From contig OU015569.1 in the NCBI GenBank assembly GCA_907165135.1, forward strand, positions 8,060,001 to 8,124,000: 64,000 nt of DNA, in the 5' to 3' direction. The translations under genes were made by a program, and so were the position numbers. Within the stretch, counting starts at the first letter, position 1. Each line of letters opens with the position of its first letter. This document shows, in pieces, positions 36,461 to 50,589 of the stretch. Under the pieces are notes generated by a model. That model was not told where the DNA came from, made no database searches, and saw only the letters and a program-made list of their open reading frames with translations. This DNA comes from Oikopleura dioica (Eukaryota; Animalia; Chordata).

Positions 36461-39104
36461 ATGCATTATCGTCGCTCACGGATGAATTTAGAACTCGTCA
36501 ATCGAGCACGCTCACTTTTGACAGAGATATCCCGCCGGAATAACGGCTTGAGTTTCGCAAGCAAAGAGACAATGCGTCAACCCTTTGCACGGTACTACGA
36601 TAATGGTCAGAATGAAGGCGTCGGTTCTCGATCCGCTCGACGTATTTCCGCGCGTTCTGCCAGATCAGCCACTTCGCGTCCCAGCTCAGCCCGTGTGTCC
36701 AGACCTCAGTCGGCAGTGCAATCAGGTAACTAAATAATCAGATAAGGAAACTCTCGAAAACGAAAGAGGAAGAGAAAGAGAGTTAATCAGCATCTCCAAT
36801 TCAGAAAAGAGCGAAGAAACGAGCAACAGCGGGCCTCTTTTAATTCCAACAGAGAATCTCTTCCTTCTCGAAGTCCCAAGCTCCGCTATCAATAGAGACA
36901 AAACGACGCGCAATAGAGTTGGAAGCGCCCGCAGTTTAAATGAATCGAAGACAACGAAGACTGCGTTCTCATGGATTTTGTATCCTAATGGCAGGTCTTG
37001 CGTCTCAAAGACCTCCTCGGGATACGTAGCGATTTACTGCCATACGAGTGATAAAAAAGTCATTGGCATAAGGTTTGTGATGTTCGCAACTAGCACAAAT
37101 AGAAACAATGTATAAACTCAAGATTTAGTACAGCTTCTGGACTGATCAGTTTCTCCTCGCCTCCAATGATCTTCGACAAAAGCGGAATGCGACTTAATAA
37201 CAATGAAAGAGTTCTCAAATGGGGACAAATAAAATCTCCTGTGGATGTGAAAATCAACAGGTTTCTACGGTTGAAAGCTGCTAGTCCAAGGTTTGACTCT
37301 ATTTTAATCCCAAACAAATATCGATTCTTTAGGAGCATACTTTTGTTTTATGAAGGAGGAGGGGAAAAATACCACTTGAATCTTGCAGAAGCGAGATCAA
37401 GAGTGGCTGTTATTACGAGCATGGGCAATTTGAACAATATTCTAGGACAGGCCTCGATCTTTCTTGCAAAAAGCTTCGAAAAATCTTATCCGAAGACGCA
37501 ACTACAATGTAGTTCTGAATAAGTCTGAATGTATTTCTGATAATATTGAGCCAGTCAAAAGGACTCACTAGTGAAGCTTCGGAAGAACATGCGCCACTCA
37601 GTCCTGGAGAAACAAGCTATAATTGGGCTGCTAACCTAACACGAGTACTTTCGAATCGTTATCAAAAGTAATGCCCGTCTCTGCTACTTTTTTACAGATT
37701 TACAGGTTATCTGAACTTGAACGAACCTGCAAAAGAGTTTGTTTGAAAGCAAGCGAAGCTCTTCGTAATTTCGTCGAAGCTCATCGCGATTCTACAAGCA
37801 GTCGCCCTTCGACAGCTCTCCCATCACAGTCGCTTTCAAAACTTACGCGTCCGTCTACAGCTTTTGGGAACCCTTACCTCTCGAGTTCTCAAATGCCAAA
37901 TTCTAACAACAAAACTCATAGTTCGGCATCCAAAGCGTTACTAACACCAGCAAACAGGAGAAAAGCTCCACAGATGCCGCGGATTTCCAGGCAAATTTGC
38001 TAATACTACTCGATTCTTAAAAACTCCAGAGCAATGTCTTTCTCGTCGAGATAAAAGACTGGTGGGACAAATCTAACTCTAAACTATCAATTTGATAATT
38101 TCAAAACTGTCTCTAAAGTCCACAAGTACATTTAGCGAAATTTCAATAGTTCAGAATATTCAGACGTTTTGAGGTCAGATTGATTCGTTTGAAATTTTTC
38201 AGTTAGCGTATATTCTCAGTCATATTACGAATGAAAATACTTGTAATATGCTTTGTTCTTTAATAATGCTCATAAAAAGATTTCCAGTAGACCTTATTCA
38301 GCAAATAAATAAAGCCACTTTCGATACTTCGATAACATGACAATTCCTGTAATGACAGATGAGTCCTTAGACAATCACCTAAAGTCGTCTTCCGTCGAGC
38401 ATATAAATGTCTTCTCGGTGAGGCTAAAGGACCCGAGTTTCGTCCCTTCAGCGGCGAACAAAACTATTGAGAACGAGTTTTTGCGATCAAGGGGCAATCC
38501 TAAAATCAACATTTTTGTTTATTTCTTGGATAGGGCTGATCCACATTGCGCCACCTCGTTACTTACATCGAGGTACTCCTTGATATCAAACCAATTATCA
38601 GACATTTATAATTTCACACTATCCTAGGCATGGAATACAGGGCGGAATGGGAGTGATATTCGTTGCTTCTCGGTTAATCTTTGCCGACCGGATCTTCGAC
38701 GGCCACGGAGCCGACCCGGCTTCCTTCCGACGAGAATTACAGAAATGCCGCCGGCGCTACAAAGAAGGCTTCCAGTACCCTAAAGATTTCAAATTCTCCG
38801 ACCCAGAGGATCAAGTGCCCGACGAGCTTATCAACTTTTCGAGGCGAACGGCTTGGGGAGGACAAATCGTCCAAATCAGCAATCAGCAGCAATCAACTCG
38901 ATTTCTTGATGCAAAAACGGAAATGATGAGCACAGTACAGACCCTCGTGAGGTCAGTTCTTGAAAATCCCTGCAACTAACTGATGCCAAAATTTAGGTAC
39001 AACTCTTCACACAAATTAAAAACGACGCCCAGTTGAAAGAAAACCTGAATGCAATATCACTCTTCAAAAACATTTTGACTTCAAATTCTGCAACTGAACT
39101 CTAA
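36461..39104 (+). CDS. C3orf20/ERICH6-like protein (FAM194 domain)
   Basis: Central ILYPNGRSC..GGMIFDKSG..LKW..PVDVKINRFLRLKAASP..FYEGGGEKYHLNL resembles the FAM194 domain. C-terminal FVASRLIFADRIFDGHG...CRRRYKEGFQYPKDFKFS resembles the C3orf20 C-terminal block as recalled from memory. Could be two genes. Confidence 0.6.
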
Positions 39105-39374
39105 AACTGTTCCCAATAAATGTGTATCACCTATGATAAGAGCAGAGTCAGTGGTGGGAAACAAAACTAAGCCGGGCATTCCTCCGCAAAGGGGAATATT
39201 GCTGAATGAGCTTTCCTTCATCACGATCGAAATTTGTCAATCAAGCAGAAAGACAACCGATCCACTTCGCAATCATCTTAATTCATCAGAAAAAAATCGC
39301 AAGCAAAAAGTTTTTTTTGCGAGTTTTAAATTTAATAGACTTTTTACAAGGAGCTACGTATAAGGTTATAGAGA

Positions 39375-39860
39375 ATGCCATTGACCAGAAAGAAGAAGCA
39401 GGAAGAAACAAAAAGATATCACGATTATTGGTACCCGCCCAAGAAAGAAACTCGGCCCTACGATGACCCTGAACGAGACGCCAAGAAGATGAGGAAGACA
39501 AAGAAGATATTGGTTTCTCTAGGCTTGGACGAAACACCCGCGAATCCCGCACCCGGACATCAACCCTTTTTGGAGAGCGAACCTTGTGGATCGAAGCAAA
39601 TCTCCCAGAAAAGACATCCTACCCCGGAAACATCAGAGGACGAATTTTTTGATGCACTTGAAGAGCAACCAGCGACACCTGAGCAGAGAAATGAGTTTCG
39701 ACCAAAGGCACGGGTTTTTCTTATTGATTTACAAATTTAGCATTTTCTTAATTTTTCAAAAAAAAACCTGCTAAGAACACATCCACCCCAACTGTGCCAC
39801 GAGTAGTCCAAGATTAGAAGAGAAGAAGCGCAAATATAAATTACTTGTAGATAACTGATA
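39375..39860 (+). CDS. Small orphan protein with basic N-terminus and FFAT motif (EFFDALE)
   Basis: ORF 39375-39740: MPLTRKKKQEETKRYHDYWYPPKKE...TPETSEDEFFDALEEQP, plus a short final exon. Confidence 0.65.
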
Positions 39861-40166
39861 TATAATACTGACAACTGAATAATAAAATTTTAATGATGAG
39901 CAACTGGTTGACTTTTACGTCGTTTTATTATTTGAAAGGAATATTCAATGCATATTGCAGGGAAAATTAGTGATGTTTATGAGCATTTCGAGGAAAATCG
40001 AGGATTAATCAGCGTTCGTTTGCCTTCATAATTCTTCTGGTGAATGTTTTCCTTCTTGGATGAGTAATTTTCCTTTCGCGCTTGCTCCACTCCGGCTTGT
40101 TTGATATTCATTTTCGTTTTTTGCACACACGTTCAGTTCTCCAGAGAAACTCAGAAACTATAAGCT

Positions 40167-41523
40167 ATGTCCGAATTTCGCGATAGCGGAAGTCAGCCGG
40201 GGGAATGGGGGAAAAACGAGTTCAATCCGATGCAACAGCAGCGGAAACAATCTGCGTACGAAAAAAACTTTTCTTTCGCAAGACAGGATCAACATCGTGG
40301 TGAACCGTCTTACCCACAACCTCCAAATCAGCAATATCAACAGAATCCTGGCCAAAATCAGTACCAGCGTCAACATCTTGGGTTTTCACCAAGTCAACCT
40401 CAGGGAAATAACTACGGAGGGCCTAATAATTTTCCCGGCGGTGGCTATCAGGAATGCGTCGAATGATTTACTAGAAGACAATTTAACAATTTAGCTACTT
40501 TAGACTGAAAATCATTATCAAATAGAACCCACCACAACATCATCAGCAAGCCACCGGTTTCGATCCACGAGCAAATTGGATATCCGATAAACAGGAATGT
40601 ATTTGCAATTTTGAAGGCCGTTTTGCTTCCTTAAAATAACTCCTTCAGATTAGAAATTTTATTTTAGCATCAAGTTATTCAAAACATAAAAAGCATGAAC
40701 TACCTGTTGATGATATATTGAAGAACGATACAATCCTTGATACTCTGATCGCCGAAAACAAAAGCCTCAAGAAAAAGTATCCTACTTTTCTTATCAAAGA
40801 GAATCTTATTCAAACAATTTCAGACTTCAAAACAGTTCTCAAATCGGAGAGTATGCCGGCAATCAACAAGAAGGAACTGGATCTACTCGACTTATAATAA
40901 AGTTTAATCCAAAATTAATTGCGGAATAGTTTTCCGAGCCGACCACTGAATTTTCAAGTAAATAATGATCCTGCTTCAGTCGAACAACTTCGAAAGCAAT
41001 TGAGTCAACTTCGAGCCGACAACGATAACTTACGGGCCAGGGCGAATACTGCCTCGATTCCACAACAAAACAGCAATATAAATCCAAGACAAGAAGATTT
41101 CTACAAGAACGAAATTCAAAGGCACAAGCAAAAGATTGCTGCCCTCGAGTCTGAGCTATCTAACGCACAGACTGGCCAATATGAGAAGCCAATGCCCTTC
41201 GGTGCCCAAGGCGGCGGAAATCAGGAACGGTTACGAAGAGAAATCCTCGCTCATTCAGTTTTACTTTTCATAACCGTTATTAGCCGAATAGTAAAACGCA
41301 AGAAGAGTTGGACAACATGAAGTTTATTAACCAACAGCTCCAAGCGGATAACCAAAATCTGAACGACCAACTTGTGTAAGAACTAAATGACTTTCCCTTG
41401 TCAAAGAATAAAACAAAATTTATAGTAAGCTGGAAGCCGACAAGAAGCGCATCGAAGGCGAGCTGAGAAACGCCAACGAGAATCTAAAGCGGGAAGTTGC
41501 CAACCTTCGTGCAAATAGAAATT
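40167..41523 (+). CDS. Uncharacterised protein, Q/N/G-rich N-terminus and coiled-coil C-terminus
   Basis: MSEFRDSGSQ..QQYQQNPGQNQYQ; SVEQLRKQLSQLRADNDNLRAR; KQKIAALESELSNA; KLEADKKRIEGELRNANENLKREVANLRANRN*. Confidence 0.7.
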
Positions 41524-42232
41524 GACCTTCTCAACTGATCTAAGCGAAAATGAATTTCAAATAAATAATAATTATCACTGATTGTTATTTCGGTTTCATA
41601 CTTATCAAATACTACTCAGACAAGAAACAATGCCGATAACTTCGATTGTACTCTTCTATGATTTCACAGTGCTTCGAAAGCTGTCTAATTTCAAATAAGC
41701 AATTTGCCATTCAAAATTACTTGTTCTTCCATTAAAAAAAACTCTACTTATAAATTAGTTCTTTGTGAAGTCTTGCTTAAAAACCTAACTTAGGTTTAAA
41801 TAAATATTTTTTCTCTGAAAATGTGAAAAAGTTTGTTTTATGTTAGGTTTAATTTGGAGTGTCGACCTTTAAAGAGATTGGTTCGGTGTAATTGCGAAGA
41901 AGTAACGTCGGCGGTGGTGGTGGTGTTTGATTTTTGGCGCTAATGAAATTTACTACATGTGTGGGGCAGCGGGAGCCTGGGGCGACACTGTGTGGCTTGA
42001 GGCCACCTCCGCCCGTGTGTCGTCACCCAAGCTTGACGAGCTGAGCCAGAGGCCCCTAGAGAGACCAAAACACCCAGCGAGGTGCAAATTTTCACAGCTA
42101 ACAAATAAGCACCAATCGTAACCTTTTTACGCTGTAGCAAACAGCTCGAGAAAAAGATGAGAGATAAAGAAGAAAGAATGCGGAAGAAGTAGAGAATCTC
42201 TCCCACTGAGAAATCTCGAAGAAGCTCCATTC

Positions 42233-45200
42233 ATGCAGAACTGGGTGGCAAAAATATGTCTTTTCATTCTTCTGCCAGTCTTCGTACTGGCACAATGTCC
42301 CCAGCAGTGCATTTGTTCTGGAAATAGCGCTGTTTGTCGAGGAATAGCATGGACAGAGAAACCAATATTCCCGGAAAATCTGAAAACGCTGTAAGTAAAA
42401 AGAGAAATCGCGTTTTTTTTATACAAATTCATTTGCTAATTATTATAAAATGCTAATTATTATGAATTTCAAGATCCTAAGCGGCGAGCAGTAAGTGCTT
42501 CATAAGCTCGTCGAAAAGATGAGCTATTAGCGCACTATTCAAATTTGTTTTGTTGATCTCGCATTATGAAGCGATGATCACGTAGCTGTTCCGCCAAAAG
42601 TAGAAATCGAAAAAAATTGATGGAGCTCTTTGATTTGGGCAAGATCAAATGAATTTTATGTGTTTTACGGAGGGCGCGAATCAAAATGAAATGATTGCTG
42701 CTACATGTCATAAAACTTTATCAAATATTATTTTAGCGACTTGTCAAACAACCGCATCGGCGAGCTTGACCTGGCGCATCTAAAAGGGCTCGAAACGCTG
42801 ATTCTTGATGGTGCTGCGCTCGACGAACTGGAGAAGGAACTCGCCCTGCCAGCTGGACTGGTCAGACTGTAAGTTACCAAGCAGGAAAGCCGAAATTTTG
42901 GCACGAAACTCGATAAGTGACGCTATGTAGATTTCCTTTCTCCGCCGAGAATGCGATAACGCAATGAAGGCGAGCGCTTGCACCTGTTTTCTTATCGCAT
43001 TTGGCAGGTGTGCAGGCCCAGAGAGCCATCTTTTTTCCCATAATTTCATTCTCGCCCGTTTCATAAAATAATCTTTGGAAAGTCTTTGTAGCGTTGACTA
43101 GCATTTATTCATGAATCTTGTTAGTAATCTATTTATCGAATTGGGGAGGTCGAATTTTTCGGGCAAGAAATCGGCTTTGTAAAGTGTCCGTCGCGCGCCC
43201 AGGTGAAGGCGGCAGGTGCATGGAAACGCAGGGGTGAATATTGCACCGGCATTTGGTGGCGGTGGCGCGCAGTGGTGGTCGACTAATTTATTAGATTTAA
43301 ACGATGTCGACGCGATTGATGTTGAGGGCTCTCGGTGCCTGTTTTATCCGAGAAAAAATATTTTCCCTTCGCCCGTCGCTTTAAAACACATGTCTCCAAA
43401 AAACATCACTAAACATAATATCGATTCATCATCGCACCTTTTAATAAGATTCTTCACTGTCGTTATTTAGATTTTCATAATTCTTTATGTCTTTTGAAAA
43501 TGCTCTATTCAGTAATTTCTCCCCTCGCGAGACCCTTGCCAGGGAAGTAATCTTCGAAAAGTTTTGAATGCCGTTCTAAGCCTAACCGCGCGCAGGGTGC
43601 TTGAAACGCACCTTTACCCGACTATATTGACCGGCTGGTTTTGGTGCATGATTTCAATAAAGAAAAGCCAGGTGAACGAGATTTCCTTTGGATTTTCTCG
43701 CGAAAAGGGAGTGCGTTACAAATATCGAATTGTGAATGTGTAAACTTTCGGAAACTTCTTTTCTTTTTGCCTTGTTGACATTCGGAATGTTCTGGGCAAT
43801 GAAAATAAAAAAGCCAGCTGAAAGGTGTCCTTGTGTTTGAACAACGTTTTCTTTCTGAATAGAGCGGCTAGATCTCTTTGTACGAAACCTCAGCGAGCTC
43901 ATCAAGCACAACTGTCAGGTGCGCTGATCTTTTTATAACTCGATCTGAGTCCATTCCAGTCTGAATTTCCATTCTGGCCATTTGTACTCGCACCGACATT
44001 ATACTCGAGTCCTGCGCAGTCTTTTCACCAGCTTTGTGTGTGTTTTTGCATAAAACAGAGTCGGAAATTCCAGGATAACTTTAAAATCGGCGTTTTGAAG
44101 GACTCATGCGGTGAGAATGATCAGCTATTATGGCGAGTGGGAGCAGGTGTGTGCTTTAGAACTCATTGAAAAGACCGAGAGCGGCTAGTCTCAAGTGAAG
44201 CTTAGGATAAAGCTCGCCTTTGAATAGGGAACTGCTCTCTAGTCCGATTAGTAGGTTGTAGTGTCTCTTGAGCGATAAATTAGGACAGGGACGATAAGGA
44301 AAGCACCGGATCGGCGGTGGTAACACTTTGTTTCCTATCTGAGGTGATTATGGCTTTTGCGAGGTCAGCCACCGGCGGAGACTGAGTCGATAACGCCAAC
44401 CGAGATCGATTCCGTTATCACTTTTCTTGTTTCGCGCCGATTCCTCCTATTTCTCAGGCCAGAACTGCTCGCGTGGTTTCGTTCGTTGACAAGCTGCATT
44501 TTGAATAGAACCAAATTTAATCATTTATCAAAATTGAATTCGCTGTTTTCTTTCCGAGAGCAATAACGTTTCGCATATTGTACTTCTAAATCAATTTTAT
44601 TTGGTCACACAACACTTGACACTCGCATCAATCAAATTAAATGGGCAAATATTCTAAGCCCCTTAAGGTATTTAGATAACACTTAAATTGTGTGCAATAT
44701 AATTGTCAGGGGTCGGATGCGTGCCCTGTCAAAATTTATGCGTTTTGATCAGTCAGCGGGCAAGAAACGCATAGAAAGGCAGCTAGAAGTTGTACTTTAG
44801 TTTTGAACGCAGTGGTCTTTCTTGTTTTTGGTAAATGGATTTGGAACTAGAGTAAAAGGCTTTGTCAAATTAAATTTCCTAGCCTGTTTAACTCCTCTTA
44901 CTTACGCTGGAAGCTCCATTCATGGGGAATATCTTCTGACTTAATTTTCATCATACAGATTAGATGAGAAAAATTCTTTGATTCTATCGTTGCGGCTTTA
45001 AAAACAATTTGGTTATTTGCAGTGCGAACGGCGGCAAATTAAATTTGGTTGTTGAATAATTGTCCTTTTCAGCTCGTTGCGCGAGTGCAAGCTAAGCCAC
45101 GTGCCCCTTCTTGGAGCTGCATCTGGAACTCTTCGTCAACTCGACCTTGGCAAGAATCGTTTCCGCGAAGTAACATCGCTTGAGTTCGAACATCTGGAGC

Positions 45201-48200
45201 AACTCGAAGAGCTGGACCTCTCCGAGAACCGAATCCCGCGCAATAGGAAGCAAACTTCACACAGACTGCACTTGCCTACTTCCCTTAAAAAACTGTAAGT
45301 TTCTAATCGCTCATTTTGGTATACGCTGGCAGACAAAGAACAAACCCAGCTTACTCAGCTTGATTTTTAATCCAAGTTACTTAGTCTTTGTCAAGCGCTC
45401 GAATATTTTCGTTCAAGCTGACAACTGCAGAGTTATTTCTTTTTGTATCTGCTAACCAACTATCTTGCGAGCGGGTATCCCTCAGCCGGATTCACATATT
45501 TTCAAATTACTACCTTGTGATGTTTTCTGCCAGCATATTTTCGCGCATTACGGCGCCCATTTGGTTGCGATCTCAACCGGACTTTCTTATGTTTTGGGTA
45601 ATTTTCTTTCGATTTTCGCGCAAATTTCTAAAAACTGCCTATGAACGTGCTGATTTATCCTCTCTAGGAACCTTGACGGCAACCAGATTCGAGAGCTGAG
45701 CTTTGGTCTCTTTTTAAAATTGGAGAATCTTGAAGTTCTCTCGATGAATAACAACAGCATCGCAAAAGTGAAGGGCACTGTTTTTGCCAACAACAAAGCG
45801 CTTCAATCGCTCAGTCTCAGTGGAAACAAGCTCAAGGAACTTCCTCAGTTCTTCCTCAAACAACAATCTAAGCTAAAGCATCTGGATCTGAGTGGTAAGT
45901 GAAATACTTCATAAAAAATAAATTTAAAGAAAGCAACGTAAAACAGGAATCTCAAAGATGGAGTTTGAAATCTTCTTTCCGCTGAGAATTCAAACATTCC
46001 CACCGAGCCTTACACATATGTACTTTTTCTCTTAAGCGATGCTTATGTAGTTTCCTTCAGGAAATTCCCTTGGAGAGTCTGGTATGGATTTAGCGATTTA
46101 CATCAAAGGAAGCCGCTTGGAAAGTCTGAACTTTTCAAATAACGCAATTTCGGAAATAACGGACGATATACTCTACGAACAGGACCAACTTATCAGTCTC
46201 GACCTTTCGAACAACGAAATTTCGGCTTTGCCCTATGATCCTCTCAAAGGCCCTTGGAAATACACCAGAAACCTGAAAATTCTGTAAGTTTCGTTAACCT
46301 GTTTTTCGACTTTTCCCGCTAATCAAAAATTCATGTAAATTTATTTCAGAAATGTGTCATCCAACAAAATTCAAAAGTTAGAAGCAAATGCCTTTGGGAA
46401 GCTTTCGAACCTTGAAGAGCTTTACTTGCACGACAATAAAATCGAGACGATTTTCGACCATTCTTTCCGCGGTCTTGACAAGCTCCGAATACTGTAAGTA
46501 GACGAGAGAAGCATTTTTGAATTTTTCAACGGGAGACTCTTAGCCGTTCTTGTAAATATCCTATGCTGAGTGGAATTTTGTGTGTAAAGGTGCTTCTGCA
46601 AATGGCGGCTTACGATTTTTTCTTGATTGTTAGGCCTGTGTGCCCAATCTGGGCAAACAGTAAAAATCTGTGCTGATCAAATAAGTTTCAAGATCGTGCT
46701 GACTTCCGTCCAGGTGTCGGCTTGTCGCCGGTGTTGTTGACCTTGCAACTATTATGATCCTATCGACATTTTTGCCTGGTCGAGAAGAGTTTAGTGAGAA
46801 ATATTATTAGAAAGACGGCGTCGATACCTATACCGAAGTACAAATAATTTTCAGTTAAAACTCGAAACCGCACACCCGTAGTTGCCCTTCAAGAATAATT
46901 CCCTTACGACCATATTCCGGAATTTCCAGGAAAATTGTTTTCAGCGAGAAAATACTCCTCAATACTACTGCTATTCAATATCACTGAATAAAATAACGTT
47001 TAATTTTTTAGTAATTTGGCTAACAATGTGATCTCAAACGAACTGCGGAACATCGCGAACTCAATTGTCAATCTACCTTTCATCACAACAATGTAAGTTC
47101 GACGCTGTCCTGTCCGTATAATGACCAAATGAACAATAGAGATCTACGACAAAATGCTCTGCGGCGGATTACGCGATCAACTTTTGCTTCCATGGGACAT
47201 ATTGAATCGATCGACCTGCGTGCGAATCCTCTCACGGAAATCGACTTCGAGGCCTTCGATGAACGGGCTTTGCGGGCGCTCATGATCGACTCTGAAGACT
47301 TTCTGTGTGACTGCAACTTGATTTGGTTCTCCGGAATGCTGAAAAAGATTCAATCGCCATCAAACGACAACAATCAATGTCATTATCCTCCAAACTTACG
47401 TGGACAGAACCTATTGGAAGTCAAACATGATCAACTCACTTGCGACCAAAATCCGAAGCCGGTACTCATCAAAGGTTAACTCTCTTTTTACGAATTATTT
47501 TTTTAAAAGAATTTTAGGCCCGATGGATGCGAATGTCGAAATCAACGAAGACGTAAAATTCACATGTCTCGTGAAGACGACTGAGATTTCTTCTGTTGAA
47601 GTGGAATGGATCTACCAAGAAAGTTCAGAAAATGAAAGCGGGGACACTCGCTTGACGCACAAGGAAGGTGTCATAGAAATCAACACCCCCGACGTTACGA
47701 AGCTTGTTGGCAATGTGGTTGAATCCTCACTGACTATGAAAAGGCTGCAGCGGACGCGCGGAGCTTTCCCGGAGGGATTCATCAAGTGTCAAGTCCGGAA
47801 CCGATATGGTTCCACTGTTTCAAACCTAGCGGAACTAACTCTCTTTCAACACGCTCACTTTCTGAGCACGCCACGCAACCAAACTGTCGAAGTTGGCGAT
47901 ACTGTGAAGCTAAACTGCAATGCTATCGGTTATCCGGAGCCGCTTGTTTCTTGGGAATTCCCACGCTTACCCGATGAGTACAAAGGCCGTACCCAAATGT
48001 CTTCTGATGGCCGCACTGTAACTATCGAGCACATACAAGAAAATGACAGCGGGAAATATACCTGTACTGCAGCGAATTCTGCTTCGAAGATTGCGATAGA
48101 TATTTACGTCCGCTTGGCTCCATCACGCGAGCTTATTGAGTTCAACAACGACGTTGAGTATAATCTGGGAAAAGACGCAGTTCTGAAATGTCATCATCCC

Positions 48201-49121
48201 ACGATCTTCCCCGCTGTTTCGACTGAGTGGTATTTCAACAATACGTTACTCCATTCTAGCTCGCGCTATCAGTTCGTGGACGATAGTAGCATACTCGTTA
48301 TCTCCCATGTAGATAACAATGATCAAGGATTCTACCAATGCAAGATCTTTAACGAGCTTGGACAGGCATCTTCCATAACTAAACTCCACATTACTGGTGC
48401 TAGTATCTTTCAAACCGCCCCTTTCTGGCTCTGGATTGCATCTGTCGCCGTTCTCGCTATGCTGCTTACTTCGCTGATTTGGCTTGGAGTTTTCTTTGCC
48501 ACCAAAAGCCAACGGGGTCAATCTGACTTTGGAACAGAGTCGACAAACCTTCCGATGCCTCTTGAACGACACCTAGAAGATCAGCAGAAGTCTGCCAAGC
48601 GCCTCGCAGATAACCGTGCTCAAGGAGTCGTTTCCTGGGGTTCTGAGTATCATCAGACTCCCACACCAGTAATGCAGACGCCATCAAGTCAGAATTCAGA
48701 TATTTGCAACACTTCCTATCATCAATTACAACATCCCCAAGCTATCCCACAACACTCACCTTTCTATATACCGCCGCCTTCTCCTGGACCGTACGCTCCA
48801 CCGTTGGGCATGGGTCCCGTTCCCCGCTGGGCACCTCGAGCTGCGACTATGCCTGATTTGGATTCGCAGTATCAAAACTCGCCTATTCATGATCGGCAGC
48901 TTATGCCTCCTCCCGCCTTACCCACTCCAACATTTTCCTACAATCCTTCAATAACTCGTTCTAATAATCAGCTTGCTTTTGGAGTAAGTGAGCAATCCTC
49001 GGCCCCTGGCCCAGATCGCAATCGTCACCGCAATCGCAGTGGTGGTCGAAAGTCTTTGGACTCCAGGAGTTTGAGAGACCTGCCCAGAAGAAATATTCTT
49101 CCGAGTGGTAACAGACCCTAA
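42233..49121 (+). CDS. LRIG: LRIG-family leucine-rich repeat and Ig-domain transmembrane protein
   Basis: Signal plus LRRNT MQNWVAKICLFILLPVFVLAQCPQQCIC. Many LRRs (LRQLDLGKNRF, LEELDLSENRI, LQSLSLSGNKL, LEELYLHDNKI). LRRCT NPL..FLCDCNLIWF..CHYPPNLRG. Three Ig domains, then TM FWLWIASVAVLAMLLTSLIWLGVFFAT and a Pro-rich tail (ORF 47400-49121). Confidence 0.92.
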
Positions 49122-49378
49122 TCTGCATATTTGATACATTTTGTACAGAAAGTCTACCAAATACCTACATTCCGAAGCTTCAATAAATGTATTTCAAAAA
49201 CTGAGCTGAATTGTGTTTTTTACAGGAGAGTTTATCGCAAGCAGTCATTTGCGAGTTTTGCTACCATCGCAGGATGCATTTTCCATGGCTTTCGTCAGCG
49301 TAATCATTCATTGGAAATTTTGTGGAGTCGTTTTCTTATCACTGCAATAAAATAAAGAAATATTTGTACCGTTTTGAT

Positions 49379-50250
49379 TTATTCACCGTTCACAAGTTGG
49401 CGAAAAATTATGCCTATCGCACCAAGTATATAAAAACCAATGAGGAGACAGCTATCCACCTGTTCAAAACAATCAAAGCATTCTTTTAGGTAATGCTTTT
49501 GGGCGAGTTGCTAGGAATTAATTGTACTGAAAATTTTAGCAAGCTTAAAAATATAAGTAAGAGTGTCTCGAAGATTCTCCTCGTTGTTTTCAGATTGTGG
49601 CATTACTTACGTTCTCTTTCTTAGACCAGGGTTTTCCCTGTGCATCAAAGGCTTCTAGGAAGAACGGAGCGTTCTTTTCTCGATCATCCTTTCGTTTTTT
49701 TAGCTCGCTCAGATATGGACACTAAGTAACGATGTTAATTTAATTTTGATTGACACTTGATCCTAGATCGGGGTTAATTGTTCTAATAGTCTATTAGTAA
49801 TAGATGTGATTATATTCTACTCTAGCAATAACTTCCTAAAGGAGTATAGAGACACCCCTTTTTGTAAGCGTGTCACAATATGATCATTAGTCAATTTTAC
49901 TAACCGTCAGGTTTTTCAAAAATTTATTCTCTTCAATTGTTAACTCGTCCGTCATTTTAGACCTTGAGCTTCGCTGTCGCCGCTGGATTCGGGCTTCTTC
50001 TTCGACGACGAAAGAAACTGAGCAATTTTAATCTGCTTCTAATTTCATTTCGAATTACCACTTCTCTTTCTTTCTCGATAATTTCTTCTGAGTGTACTCT
50101 GAGCGAATGATGTTCGAATTGAATCAAGGCGGCGTAGTTCGCTGGGAAGAGAACTGCGAGAAAAGAAAAGGCAATGCGCACTCCGAGAGATGACGGATAA
50201 CACAATTTATTCTTCTAATTTGAAGACAGCCTCTTGACAGTCTCATCCAT
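49379..50250 (-). CDS. Possible small membrane protein
   Basis: Exon-like segments: KNKLCYPSSLGVRIAFSFLAVLF; CPYLSELKKRKDDREKNAPFFLEAFDAQGKPWSKKEN|gtaagt; VDSCLLIGFYILGAIGIIFRQLV. Confidence 0.35.
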
Positions 50251-50589
50251 TTTCACTTTATATGGCCGATAATGATACCAATTTATAAGCGACTTCCTTT
50301 CTCCGAGTTAACATCTTTTCAGGGATAAAATGCCGATTTCGCCCTATTTTTATAATATCATAAAATCGGTTTATTCATTTCAAATGATCAAGTATCGTGT
50401 GAGATGTGGCAGGTGTGGATGGTTTAAGAATACAAACTTGAGCATAATAAAATTCAACGTGATTTACGATTACTTTCTGTGCGCGCTGACAGTATTCAAA
50501 GTGCACTCACTAAAACATCCACATGAAAGATATTTTTAATTTTCTCGCCATTCGCGGTGAAATTTTCTCAGAGAGTCATTCCCCGCTCA

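Noticed and set aside
43654-44060. Short open frames inside the long LRIG introns (also ~46600-46800)
   Set aside because: No convincing splice signals or recognisable domains, so nested genes cannot be supported.
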